DNA of 64,000 nt from contig CP075496.1 of the NCBI GenBank assembly GCA_021613535.1, positions 1,798,001-1,862,000 on the forward strand, written 5' to 3'. Under the pieces are notes generated by a model. The model saw nothing but the letters and a program-made list of their open reading frames with translations, did not search any database and had not been told where the DNA came from. The translations under genes and the position numbers were made by a program. Positions 12,838 to 25,899 of the stretch are shown here, one piece after another. Origin of the DNA: Adineta vaga (taxonomy: Eukaryota; Animalia; Rotifera). Numbering within the stretch: position 1 is the stretch's first letter; every line of letters starts with the position of its first letter.

Positions 12838-15800
12838 ATGAGTTGGCAACCAGTACAAGCAGATGATCTTCAAAAAATTCTAACCTTATTACGACAATCC
12901 CAATCACCTGATACTGAAATCCAACGGCAAGTTCAAGCACAATTAGAATCACTTAATCAATATCCGGATTTTCATAAATATCTTGTTTATATTCTAACAA
13001 AATTAATTGACGAACAAGAAGCAACACGATCATTATCAGGATTAATTTTAAAAAATAATGCTAAATCACATTATGAGAAATTTCCTGATGAAGTTCGATC
13101 TTATATTAAACAAGAATGTTTATCAGCATTAGGCGATCATTCACCATTAATTCGTGCAACTGTCGGTATATTAGTAACAACAATAGTGACGAAAGGTTCA
13201 TTAGAACAATGGCCAACTCTCTTAGAACATCTTTATACATGTTTGGATTCTCCGGATGTGAATTTATGTGAAGGTGCATTTGGTGCATTACAGAAAATTT
13301 GTGAAGACAGTGCTGATCAACTTGAAAATGCTCCAACACAACCATTGAATGTTTTAATACCAAAATTTATTCAATATTTTCGTCATTCTTATTCAAAAGT
13401 TCGATCACATGCGATTGCGTAAGTTTTCAATCGATTATTGAACAAAATGAGAAGACAAAATTTTCTATTTCTTTTAGTTGTGTTAATGAATTCATTACTC
13501 CGCGTGCAACAGCATTAATGGCGAACATTGATTTATTTCTTGAAAATTTATTTCAATTAGCCAATGATACAGATTCCGATGTTCGAAAGCATGTTTGTCG
13601 AGCATTAGTTATGTTAGTTGAAGTTCGAATTGAACGTTTACTTCCACATATGCAACAAATTATTGAATATATGTTAATCACATCACAAGATAGTGATGAT
13701 ACAGTGGCATTAGAAGCTTGTGAATTTTGGTTAATGATCGCTGATCAAGCGATATGTCGAGATATTCTTCAACCATATTTAGATAAATTATTACCTGTTT
13801 TATGTAAAAATATGAAATATTCCGAAATGGATGTGATCATTTTACAAGGTGATATTGATGATGACGAAAATGTACCGGATCGAATTGAAGATATTCGTCC
13901 AAGATTTCATCGTACACGTTCAAGACAACATGCACAACATTTTCCGGACGATTCGAATTTAATCGATACGAATAATAATTCAACAACACCACCGAATAGT
14001 CAAACACAAGATGCGAATGAGAATGAAGATGACGAAGATGATGATGATGATGGTTCAGGTATGAAAACGAACGAAATATTTTATCAGAAAATAATTACAT
14101 TCAACGATATATTCTTCCTTTCAGGTGTCAATGCTGATCAAGCAACAGAGTGGAATTTAAGAAAATGTTCTGCAGCTGCTCTTGATATTCTATCAAATGT
14201 CTTTCGTGATATTATTCTTCCGATTTTATTACCTATTTTACAAGAAATGTTATTTCATACTAATTGGCAAATAAAAGAAAGCGGAATACTTGTTCTAGGT
14301 GCTATTGCTGAAGGTTGTTCATTTGGTTTAATTCCACATCTACCTGATCTTGTGGATTATTTAATAAAATGTTTAAATGATAAAAAACCATTAGTACGTT
14401 CAATTACTTGTTGGACATTATCAAGATATTCAACATGGATTGTACGAAATGAAGCTCAACATAATCGATTTCTTATACCATTGATGTCGGAATTATTGAA
14501 AAGAATTTTAGATGCAAATAAAAAAGTAGTAAACTATGATTGATATTAATTCATTCTACGATAGATTTTCTAGGTTCAAGAAGCAGCATGTAGTGCATTT
14601 GCAACTTTAGAAGAAGAAGCATGTATACAAATGGTTCCCTATTTAAAACAAATTCTTGAAACTTTAGTTCATGCATTTCGTAAATATCAAGCAAAAAATT
14701 TATTAATTCTCTACGATGCAATTGGAACTCTAGCGGATAGTGTGGGTTCACATTTAAATCATCCTGATTATATACAATTATTAATGCCACCATTAATTGA
14801 ACGATGGAATATTTTAAAAAATGATGATAAAGATCTTTTTCCATTACTTGAATGTCTTTCATCAATTGCAACTGCTTTACAAACAGGTTTTCTTCCGTAT
14901 TGTGAACCTGTTTTTGTTCGATGTATCGTACTTGTACAACAAACAATAGAAGCCAATGGATCAGATTCACCACTGGAAAAAGATTTCATGATTGTGGCTT
15001 TAGATTTACTTTCTGGTTTAGTCGAAGGATTAGGTAAATTAATAAAATTCACTTATTTGCATAGTAAAACGGAAAGCGAGAGTTTGATTTTATTATTATT
15101 AATAATAATAATAATGCCACATATATTTGATTATTGACAACAAACATAAGTTTGTCATAACTCATAATCAATGACAGATACTTGAAAAAGTCAACTAATT
15201 CAATTGAATTCTATTGTTTACTTTATATCTAGGTTCTAATATTGATCCACTCGTTGAACGATCAAATCTTTTACCATTACTTGAACGTTGTGCACAAGAT
15301 CCCATGGCTGAAGTTCGTCAAAGTTCTTTTGCATTATTAGGTGATTTAACAAAAGCATGTTTTCGTCATGTTCAAAAACATTTAAATTTCTTTTTACCAA
15401 TCTTAACACAAAATCTCAATCCTCAACATGTTAGTGTTTGTAATAATGCAATATGGGCTATTGGTGAAATCGCAATTCAAATCGGTGGAGAAATTCAACC
15501 ATTTGTTTCGATTATTCTTGAATCTTTAATCTTAATTATTAATCGAACTAATACACCAAAAACACTCTTAGAAAATACTTCGATTACTATTGGACGTTTA
15601 GGTCTTGTCTGTCCAAATGATGTTTCAATTCAATTAGCACGTTTCATTCGTCCATGGTGTATTGCATTACGAAATATTCGTGATAATGAAGAGAAAGATT
15701 CCGCTTTTCGCGGCATATGTAATATGATTATTTTAAATCCATTAGGTGTTACCAATGAATTTATTTATGTTTGTGATGCAATTGCTTCATGGGAAAAACC

Positions 15801-15939
15801 ACCAATGGAATTATATACAAAATTTCGAGATATTTTATTTACATTTAAACAAGAATTTGGTGATGAACAATGGAATCAATTGACTGATCGATTTCCTTTG
15901 CCACTTAAACAACGTCTTCAAACTCATTATGGTATTTAA
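12838..15939 (+). CDS. TNPO1: Transportin-1 / karyopherin beta-2, 5 exons
   Basis: [25 protein letters not shown], acidic H8 loop (DIRPRFHR), [26 protein letters not shown]. Introns at ~13419-13477, 14059-14124, 14527-14572 and 15033-15232. Confidence 0.97.
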
Positions 15940-16835
15940 TTACTCTCCCTTATGTTTCCTTTCAATTCGACGATAAGACAATCGTTTTTCTATTTGATTT
16001 TGTTCCTTTTTTTCTCTCTCGTTTTGACTAGTTTATATGATCTTAAAAATAGAATAAAACTCGTCGTAAAAGAAAACATGAACAAAAGTTTGGTTTGTTT
16101 TTTTTCGTGATTTTTGTTTTTTTTTCAGATGAAATTTTTTTTTGACTATTTTAATGTAGAAAATAATAACTTATTTCAAATATGTTTGGTTTTTATATGT
16201 CAGATCAAAGTTTTCTTTTTATTTTTTAGAAAGAATACTATTGTTTTTGTTTTTGTTCTCATTTCTCATTTTAGATCTATGAATTTTTACCGTACGACGT
16301 TGATATTGAATGTCGGCCCATATTTTCTTTGAGCAAATTTAATAAAGAAAAAGAATCTCACGTTTATTTTCATTCAATATTTATCATCTTTATCAAACCT
16401 TCATAAGTTCCGCAAATAAAAAGCCTATAAATGTGTTCAAAACGGTGTAAAATAATATATTCACGTGTACACATCTTCCTTTTTCTTTTTTCTTCAATAT
16501 AATAAAACATGTACGTGTCAGTTTCTCGTTGTCTCCAACGTTTTTTTTTTCTTCTCCTTTCCAGTTTTGTTTATGCATATGGACATGTAAAATGTCATAT
16601 ACTGCTTATTACGCATGCATACATTTATACTTTTCTTATGATTTATTCGGTGTGTTACGTTAAATATTTCTTTTTTCCTTTTCTTCGCTCAAAAACTTTC
16701 TTTTCTTATCAATCGTCACAGTTGAGCACACTGTAAATAAAGAGAAATCGAGATGAAGATGATTTCTTTTTTTTTCTTCTGTCGTCTTTTGGTTAGTTAA
16801 AATTCAATTTTAGATCGACGACAGCTGGTCTGTCC

Positions 16836-18924
16836 ATGGATTACACAGCTATTCTTCTTGGATTTCTGGTCATAATTGTGATTATTCTATTTCTGGGTGC
16901 TTTGAATTATTTTCTCGGACGACCTCAATCAAATGTGATTGTATCGGACAAAAAATCTTCATCCGACTCAATTAATCAACAACAACAACAACAAACAACA
17001 AGTCGTATGAATCCTTGTAGTATTCGTCGAAAACAAGCTCGAATGGCAAAGAAAAATCAACGTTTACAACAAGCCAAAGTGACAAATGAGAATTTAAATA
17101 GTAATACTAATGATAATTTAAACAAACAAGAAACAATTAAATCTAAGAAAGATGAAGAAGAGGAAGAAGAAGGGGAAGAATCACAAATTGAATCATCGAT
17201 ACAACCAACTGATGAAGAACAAGAATTTTATGATGTTATCAAAACTGATGAAGTGTCCACGATATCTCCTTCGACATCTAATCAACAAGATCAAGAGCCA
17301 CTCATACCGGTTAAACAACGAAAAAAGAATAAAAACAATCAAATTCTTAATAAATCATCGAATTCTTCTTCAGTTGAACCTACATTACCAAAACCTGATC
17401 CGATTCAACCTTCAAAACCACAAGCAAATGTCGTACCTGTTAAACAAACACAAGCATCTATACTTTCATCAAACATTTCATTAGATAAAACATCTAAGTC
17501 AAATGGTAATTTATCGTCACCTTCATATAACATCTACGCATATTCTGGACACAATTCTGTTCCACCAAGATTTCAACAACGACAGCAGAAAGATTTCAAT
17601 GCAACACAAAAACTTCGAAGAAGAAAAGCATCTACACCAATCAAAAAATCATCTATTCAACCTGAATCAGCTGCACGGCAGAATGATTTCATTCCATTAA
17701 CGACAAGACAACAATCAACAAATCAAAATGGATATTCATCAGAATCCGATAATCTATCAGGTAGAAATCCTTTTTTCTTTCAATTCTTTGAACTTTTAAA
17801 TTTTCATAGAAACACCATCGACAATTCATACTGATAATATAAATCGTAGTTCAACAATATCTACATCAACAGATTCTCAATTATCTTTACTTCGTTCCTC
17901 ATCAACACCGAATACCATTATTGATGAATTAGTTACTCTTTTCGATAGTGTTTCATTTTCTTCGGAAGAACTTGAAGTTATTCTAAATAAAATCACAACA
18001 AAACAATTATTAAATCGACAAGATTGGCAACGTTTATTAGCAACCAATTCAGCGAAAACTGATAAAGCAATCGAACGAATTCTCGAAGAAACTTATCGTA
18101 GTCAAGCAAAAATTCTTGCAATTGAATTACAAAATGAAAAGAATCGTGTTTTAGAATTAACTAAAGTTAATTCAGAAATGGATAATGCAATTCGACAATT
18201 ACAACAACCAAATAACACTCTTATTCCCTATCAACAAACAATTCATTCCTATCAAATACAACTTCGTCGTTTAACAGATGATAATGCTCGTTTAGCTCAT
18301 CAATTACATGCATGTTCAATGATGCCTGGTTCGATCAATGAATTGAAACAACAACAACAAATTCTCAATGAACAATTACAACAATTAACAATGAGAAATA
18401 GTACTTTGGAAAAAGAAGTTTCTGATGGTGATCGTGCGAGTAAACATGCAGCAGAGATTTATAGGAAAGGTATTTAGATAGATTTCGTAAGAGAATTAAT
18501 TTCTAATTAAATTTACATTTTAGCTGATGCACAGAAACAAGAACGAATCGAACAAATGATTGCTGACATAAATAAATATAAAAAAATTGATAAAGATCTA
18601 ATGATACTTCAACAAAAACATAAAGAATTAGAAAAAAATTCGAAAACAAAACTCAATGATCTCATTCAACAACGAAATGAATTACAAAAATCATGTGAAA
18701 AATTGAAAGAACAACTTCAAGATGATGAACAAATCAAAATTCAATATGATCAATTAATACAAAATCAAACTCAAGTTACGAATCTCGATGAACTTCAACA
18801 AGAATTAGTTGAAGTCAAACTGAAAAATGATAAACTTAGACAACGAAATTGGAAAATTATCGAACAATTGAATAAACTTCAAGAGAAAAAAGAACAACAA
18901 TTAATCTCAACTGATTCAATTTGA
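16836..18924 (+). CDS. Ribosome-binding protein 1 (p180)/kinectin-like ER membrane coiled-coil protein, 3 exons
   Basis: N-terminal signal-anchor TM, basic/low-complexity region and long coiled coil. C-terminal KLKNDKLRQRNWKIIEQL resembles the RRBP1/KTN1 motif KNNDLREKNWKAMEAL. Introns at 17761-17809 and ~18470-18522. Confidence 0.7.
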
Positions 18925-19137
18925 TCGACGCATTTTCTATTGAATCTCTTTCGTCCAAAATTTTTCTTTGTAAAAATAAAATTTTATTGCAATTTGATTG
19001 GTCTTTCTCAATCGATTTGTTTTGTGATAAATTTATTAATTAATAAAAAAAAATCTTTTTCGTTTTGTTTTCTTCTTGTTAATTTTATTTCTTGTTATTA
19101 GGCATTTGATTCAATTTCTTTTTCAATCATTTAGATC

Positions 19138-20831
19138 ATGATTGTAACTAAGCTTTTGTGGATTTGTTTGATCTTAGTTTTCAAAGATATTCAAGGCGAA
19201 TTGATTCAATTATCATCCGCTAATATTTCACAATATCTTCAAGATCACGTTACTTTTGTGAAATTCTATACAGATTGGTGAGTTTGAAACGAAACAAAGA
19301 AAAGAAATGATTAGATTTGGACTTTGTTTAGGTGTCCACATTGCAAAAAACTTGAATCAACATGGAAACAGTATGCGAATATGAAAGAGAATGGTGATCT
19401 GCATGTAGCACAAGTAAGATTTGTTTATAATAACTTCCAATTTTCTCAAGATAAGACCATCTGTTTTGTAGTCATACATGTCGTTAATCTTTATAAGCAT
19501 TCACGTTTCATTAATACTTTTTACAGGTTGATTGTTCGGCTAATGCATTACTATGTTCTGATCATGATATATTCGGTTATCCAACGTAAGTTTTCATCAT
19601 GAAATCATTTTGATTTTCTCAATAATCATTTCATTCTAGTATTAAATTATTCATTCGTGGAAGTGGAGCACGATATAATGGTCAACGTCAAATAGAATCA
19701 TTTGATAAATTTTATCAACAAAAAATCGCCGAAGATGCTAATGTACATATCAATTGTTCTATATATCTATATCGATAGTTTACTTATCTCATTCTCTATT
19801 TAGCTCGAAGATAGTGTTTCAACAAAAGCTGCTGTTGTAGAATTAACCAACGAAAATTTTGACGAAATGACTTCCAAAAAATTTGCATTTATTGTCTTCT
19901 TTGCTCCTTGGTGTACACATTGTCAAGTTCTCAAACCTATTTTTCAAGACTTAGCTAAACAAATGATCAGTACTCAACGATTACTCTTTGCTACAGTAGA
20001 TTGATTTGAATAAGAAAATGCAAATTCTTCATTTAATCTTCAATTATTTAGGTTGATTGTACAACTCAAAGTAATCTATGTACAAAACATGCTGTTAAAG
20101 GTTATCCAACATTGATTTGGTTTGAAAATGGTGTTGAAGTAAATCTTACTAAACATTAAGTTTTGTATCGAATATCAAACGATGTTATCTTTTTTTTCTT
20201 CTTAGAAAGATCGCTATGTTCAACATAGAGAAGTAGAAAAAATGAGAAATTATATTGAACAAAATATGAAAGATGCTGAATCATTAGTCCTAGAAGCATC
20301 ATCAGAACAACAACAAGAACAATCGGAAGAAAGTATAGAAAAACTATCTCCGGTAAATAAATATCGATAAAGAATAAAGTTGATCGTAGTTTTTTTGAAT
20401 TTAGAATGATAATCTTCTTAGTGTTAAAACATTTACTCAAGGTGTTAGTTTTGAAGGTTATGCATTCGTTAATTTCGGTGCTCCATGGTGTTCACATTGT
20501 CAAAAATTAGCACCAGTATGGAAGCAACTTGCTCAACGGTTTAGTAAGAATGAAGATATACGTATTTCACGAGTGGATTGTACGGCAAGTGAATCATTAT
20601 GTCGAGATTATGGAGTAAATTTCTTTGGTTTTATTATGATATTTTTCATTTTGATTTTCTAATTAGATTCGTGCTTTTCCTACTGTAATTCTTTTTCGAT
20701 ATGGAGAATCGAAAGTGGAATATAATGGTGCAAGAGATTATGAATCAATGTATAATTTTCTCGTTAGTCAATTGGAATTTTTTGGTGATGAATATTTATT
20801 AAAACAAGATAATGAGATTAAAAATAATTAA
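19138..20831 (+). CDS. TXNDC5: TXNDC5/ERp46-like protein disulfide isomerase with three thioredoxin domains, multi-exon
   Basis: Signal peptide (MIVTKLLWICLILVF). Three active-site motifs, WCPHC, WCTHC and WCSHC, each followed by VDC...GYPT/AFPT. Reconstructed across short introns. Confidence 0.82.
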
Positions 20832-22323
20832 AAGATATTATAAATCATTGCTGCAGTGGTGTTGTTGTTATTTGTTTCTTTTTAGTGTGATGGTTTTGCA
20901 CATATATATATGACAATCATGTTAATCTTTTGGGAAAAATAAATATATTTTCAAACAAAAACAAAACAAAAAACTAACCCGAAGATCTCTTGAGATAAGT
21001 TATTAGATATAAAAGTCGTGTTGATTACTCTCTTCAATGCTTCTTTTCTTCTCTTATCGTGAACTTCTTACATGAATCAATCGAATGAGATATTTTTAGA
21101 CTTAAATTCTTAATAAAACGATCAATGTTTAGTATTGATCTACGGAAATTCAAATTAAATGACTTTCAAGCGTAATGTCACATACATTCGAACAATCTTG
21201 GCACATCCTGTTCTAACAAACGGGAAATGAAAATACAATAGATTAGGAGTACTTTCGGATCGTGTTCTTTGTCCGATTATAACTGTAAGCATATAGGAGA
21301 TATAAATATATATAACTATGTGTAAATTTATGTCCTTGTGTGTAGGCTAATGTGTTACTGCTAGTAGCGATGAATAATCAAAGAAAAAAAATGCTCTTTT
21401 CAAGAAATGTAAAGACGTCATTTTGGAATTCAGTGAAATAGAAATCTCATTAACAAATATAAGATAATGAGAAATAAATCGAGTGAAAGATAATATTTTT
21501 AATTTTTTTTTTTCGAGAATACTTCAATGAAAATCTTTTGTTATGTAGATCTTGATTTATATCATTAGAAATCATATTTATTTAGAATCGTTTAATCTAT
21601 AAATAAAAAGAATGAATATTGTTTAATTATAAATCGATCTCACGACGATTTTAATAACAAGTTAAAAGTTTATTGAAAATCTTATAATTCATTGAGCTTC
21701 TTAAAATGTTTTAAACTTTAAAAAACGTTTAGTTAATCTCGAATTACAAGTAATCGAATTGAATTTTATGTAAATTAATCATATACTCTAAAGTCAATTT
21801 CATGGTTTGACATATTTTCTCAAGCCCTATTCTTTCTTTTGAGTTCTATGTTTCTACCATTTCAAGCACAACATCTCTTTTATTTGACTAATTTATGACT
21901 CACATCAATGATTATTCTTCCGAAGTATGTTTCTTGACCTAACAAAGTGAAAAGATCTGTTTAAATGACTAAAACTAAATTTCTATTTATCTGATAATTT
22001 GCGCATTACAAAAAGCTTAACTAAATCTTTCTAAATATAATTATTCCAATCATGCATTTCTTTACATGATACTTCGATAAATATCGTCTTCGAATATATT
22101 AATTGTCTAGAGAAACATGAGTAATATTGTTTTCGTCTGACAAAATTTTTCAGCCCGTAATAAAACCTTAGAAAATTTTCTTCATGATTGCTTTCCAATT
22201 ATTGACGCTATCAAATGCAGCTGCTTTGTCAGTTACAATCGCTCTTATCTCTCTCTCTCTCTCTCTCCAAATCGTATGATACTATTTCGTTCTGTTGCTC
22301 GCTAGATGTACTTGTAGAAACTC

Positions 22324-22330
22324 TATAAAA
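22324..22330 (+). promoter_or_regulatory. TATA box of the stanniocalcin-like gene
   Basis: TATAAAA 42 nt upstream of the ATG, preceded by a (CT)n tract at 22248-22267. Confidence 0.5.
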
Positions 22331-22365
22331 CAACAACTGTTTAAGATTCTTGTTTCATTAATACA

Positions 22366-22944
22366 ATGAATAATATGTTGATGTACTCGATACTCTTTGT
22401 ATATCTTTATTTGATAAGAATATCTTCTTCATCAATTGTTCAAGCAACAACACCGGTGAATCAAACATGTTTAAATTTTGGTCGAAATTATGATTGTCGA
22501 TTTTATCAATGTTTTGAAGAACGTTTTCCATGTGGTTCATCATACTGGATGTTAAAATGGGGTTATAAATATTGTACACGAATGCAAAAGGCTGCATTCA
22601 ATTTTGATAAAACTGGTCAAGATTTAATCAAAAAACTTTCTCATTGTTTAATTAATACAATCTTACGACATGATCTTTATAAATTTCGTGAAATGAATTG
22701 TGATGTTTTACGTTCAACTGGTCAACAAATCGTTCATGATTGTTATATAACAAATGCGAAACTTTTTTGTCAAGCATATCATGGAAAAAATCGTGATTGT
22801 TTCTTTCGATTAACTGATCATGATGATCGACATGATCTCAATGTTATACGAACATTAACAAGTGTTGGACAAAAATGTTTTCCAAAGAAAAAACTTGCTG
22901 ATATGAAACCCAAGAAGAAAATGAATCAATGTATAATAAATTAA
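22366..22944 (+). CDS. Secreted cysteine-rich stanniocalcin-like protein (intronless)
   Basis: Signal peptide followed by the C..FYQCFEE.FPCG..YW.L.WGYKYC pattern typical of invertebrate/fungal stanniocalcin-like domains; ~11 Cys. Confidence 0.65.
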   Translation: MNNMLMYSILFVYLYLIRISSSSIVQATTPVNQTCLNFGRNYDCRFYQCFEERFPCGSSYWMLKWGYKYCTRMQKAAFNFDKTGQDLIKKLSHCLINTILRHDLYKFREMNCDVLRSTGQQIVHDCYITNAKLFCQAYHGKNRDCFFRLTDHDDRHDLNVIRTLTSVGQKCFPKKKLADMKPKKKMNQCIIN

Positions 22945-23364
22945 CAAGAAAAGACATGCGTGTTTTCAATGCCGGAAATGAATAGAGCACATTGTTACAT
23001 TTAGTTGTTATTTAAGAGATCCTATATCAAACAATTTGTTTTTTTTTTAATTAAGGTTTTTCTTTCTACTAGAAATCAATACAACTACTTTTTTTTGTTA
23101 TTCTAAACGATAGTCTTTTGGAATAAGAATACGTTAACTTTACTGTATGACTTGCATGATTTCTTATCTGATAAATCTTTTATTTTAAAATAAGAATAAA
23201 AACAATTTCAAAAGATATTTCCTAATACATTTTCAATGAACTTCTTAATATTAGCGCTCATTTGAACTCGCTTGTTTTGAACGAAGGGTATTGACGTGCG
23301 TAGAAAATTCATTTCCGGTGATATATATTTATGAGACTAGAAAGGAATGAATTTCATAGAAGGT

Positions 23365-23532
23365 AGAGAGAGAGAGAGAGAGAGAAAATATTGAAGAAGA
23401 GAACAATTGAGTAGTCTTTTTCGCATGTAAATTGAATAATTTTCTTGACATATCTCAACATTTACTTATAACTTTTCTAGACAGAACAAAAGAGATGTAT
23501 GGGCGGAGAGAGAGAGAGACAGAGACAGAGAC
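23365..23532 (+). repeat. (AG)n and (AGAGAC)n microsatellites upstream of the peptide-precursor gene
   Basis: (AG)10 at 23365-23385 and a GA/GAGAC run at 23506-23532. Confidence 0.8.
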
Positions 23533-24492
23533 GAAAGAGCAAAATATAAAAGGAAAAAAAAGAAAACGATTCAGTTAGGTAGTTCCTAGTCGAGTCTCTA
23601 GATGATTAGTATAATCTTTTGTTAATTATCTTTGTAATGTGTGTCTTTTCGTTTTGTATTTGTCTCATTATTTTTTAATTATAGTCAATATCAATAATCT
23701 TCTAAGTAGAATTTATTTTGTTTTCTTTACATAATTAAATTTTTTTTCTCTAGATTGTTGAGTATTTGTTAATTTTATTTCTCAAAGGAAGAGAGACAGA
23801 GAATGAGAGAGAGACATGATAGAAATAATATTCAAAGTTACGTTCTATTCTTACATTATCTTAACAACAGAAAACAAATACTTAAGGAAACGAAAGACTG
23901 TTTATATGTTTCTTTTTTCAAGGATATGCTTCAAAAACATGACTTTCTATTCATCATCTTATTATTTCTATTATAATCTTTATGTTCTGTTTACACTCTC
24001 TATCTATTTTCACACATTTTGTCACTAACTGTGAGTTTTAGATCTTTGTCGAGCATATCTCTTTGCCCTAGTTAAAAGTATTATAATCGATTACTAATCA
24101 TCTATAAAAACGAAAGATAGACGAAGTATTTATTTCTACTTCACTGATTTCTCTATTCATTTCTTTGATTCATACAATCGAGTATGGAAATGACATTATT
24201 TCGTCTAATCTTCAATAAAGGAAATCAGTTCACCTATTTATTCTTTTCTTAATTCGACTTTATTGTAGTTCATGTCGACTAACATACTTATTTATTATTA
24301 ATATTCTATGCATTAGAGATTCGCTATCGATATTTATTTCAATCTTCTTAATAAATTCTTTGTAGGCGTATCGAACGGATCATTCATGAACGAATCGTCA
24401 TTTGAAGAGAAAGAACTATCTCTATAAGATTCGATTTTAGATAATTCACCAATTAACCTTTTTCTTGTACATCCAAAACCAACTACAAAATC

Positions 24493-25056
24493 ATGCCAAC
24501 TATTGCATCATCAAGAACATTTTCTGTCATGTCATCATCTGTATCAACTCGAGGACATACATTTCTTTCTCAATTTATCTTAAGTATGACTTTAGTTATA
24601 CTTCTTGTAGGATTTTGTCCATACGTTTCTTCTTCACCAACACCATCGTCAATTGAACAAAACAAAAACGTCAACTATCAATCCAATGGTTTTCTCTTTG
24701 ATCCGAATGATTCTGAACAAACAGCAGAAGATGCAGCATTATTATCATCATCCGTCCAAGAAGTACTTACGGCCTCATCACCATCTTGGTATGTTCAGCC
24801 GCGTGCAAATGCTAATCAATTTTTAATTTCAAATCTCAATGATAATCAAATCATTGTGCCCAAACATTTTACACGATTTAATCATAATGTTCAAATCAAT
24901 GATGACGATGATGATGACGATTATATTCAAACGAACAAACGATCAACGGTGGGTAATAAAGGCACATTTTCCAAACTTAACAAGCGTAAACAATTAACCA
25001 AACCACCTATGGAAGTCATGAATGAAATTGTCAATTCGATTTATCTTAAACGTTAA
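24493..25056 (+). CDS. Putative neuropeptide/peptide-hormone precursor (single coding exon)
   Basis: Hydrophobic signal sequence (FILSMTLVILLVGFCPYVSS), acidic spacer, three KR dibasic sites flanking C-terminal peptides. A 5'UTR splice acceptor lies at ~24365. Confidence 0.65.
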   Translation: MPTIASSRTFSVMSSSVSTRGHTFLSQFILSMTLVILLVGFCPYVSSSPTPSSIEQNKNVNYQSNGFLFDPNDSEQTAEDAALLSSSVQEVLTASSPSWYVQPRANANQFLISNLNDNQIIVPKHFTRFNHNVQINDDDDDDDYIQTNKRSTVGNKGTFSKLNKRKQLTKPPMEVMNEIVNSIYLKR

Positions 25057-25899
25057 TGATTATTTGAAAAACAAATAAATATGAAATCGATTTTGAAAAT
25101 AAATCTCAACATATGAATTGATTTGTTTAGTAAAATAATAAACGAGTAAAACTTGCAATAATAAGAAAGTCCAACGGACTTACTATTTTCCGATAAAATA
25201 TCAAGTTGTTCTTCTAGGAACTACTTTTAATATAATTAACTTTTGAAGATTCTTATAGAAATTGTTATGTAAAATCGAACGGAAGAAGAAATGAGTTCTC
25301 AAGATTTCATTTATTCATATTAATAAGAAAAACAAAAAAAAAATCATTATTGCGTTTGTGATATCCAAACAAGAATTGAATATTAATTCATATTCTGTAG
25401 TTGACAAGCACCATAGAATACGTCAGAACATGTCGATGACAATAAAAAGTTTAATTAGAAAATATCATGATATGACGACGGTTTTTTTTCTAAAATAAGA
25501 CAGACTTAGTATCGATTAGAAATGAAATTTTAGAAAAACAAAACCGATCGATTGTAGAAAAGCGACATCTATATTTATTTTCATTTTTTGCAAAAGATTA
25601 TGAAATTGTTATTAAATTATCTAAGTAAATTAGTTTTCGACATTGATTTTCGAATTTCTTAAATGAAAATGTAATTTTGTTCTGATATAATTTCAATCAT
25701 TGACATTTGATTCGTTTGATAGAATTCCATTTTATACAAACTAAATTGTAAATAATAATAAAATCTTCACTGGAACGAAAGGTGAATCCAGAGAATTTCG
25801 ACATTATTTCTTTTTTATTATATAAATTAAAAAAAAACATTCAAATTCTGTTTATAAATTATTTAGATCGTTTATTTTTAAATCTTAGCAACCAATAAC

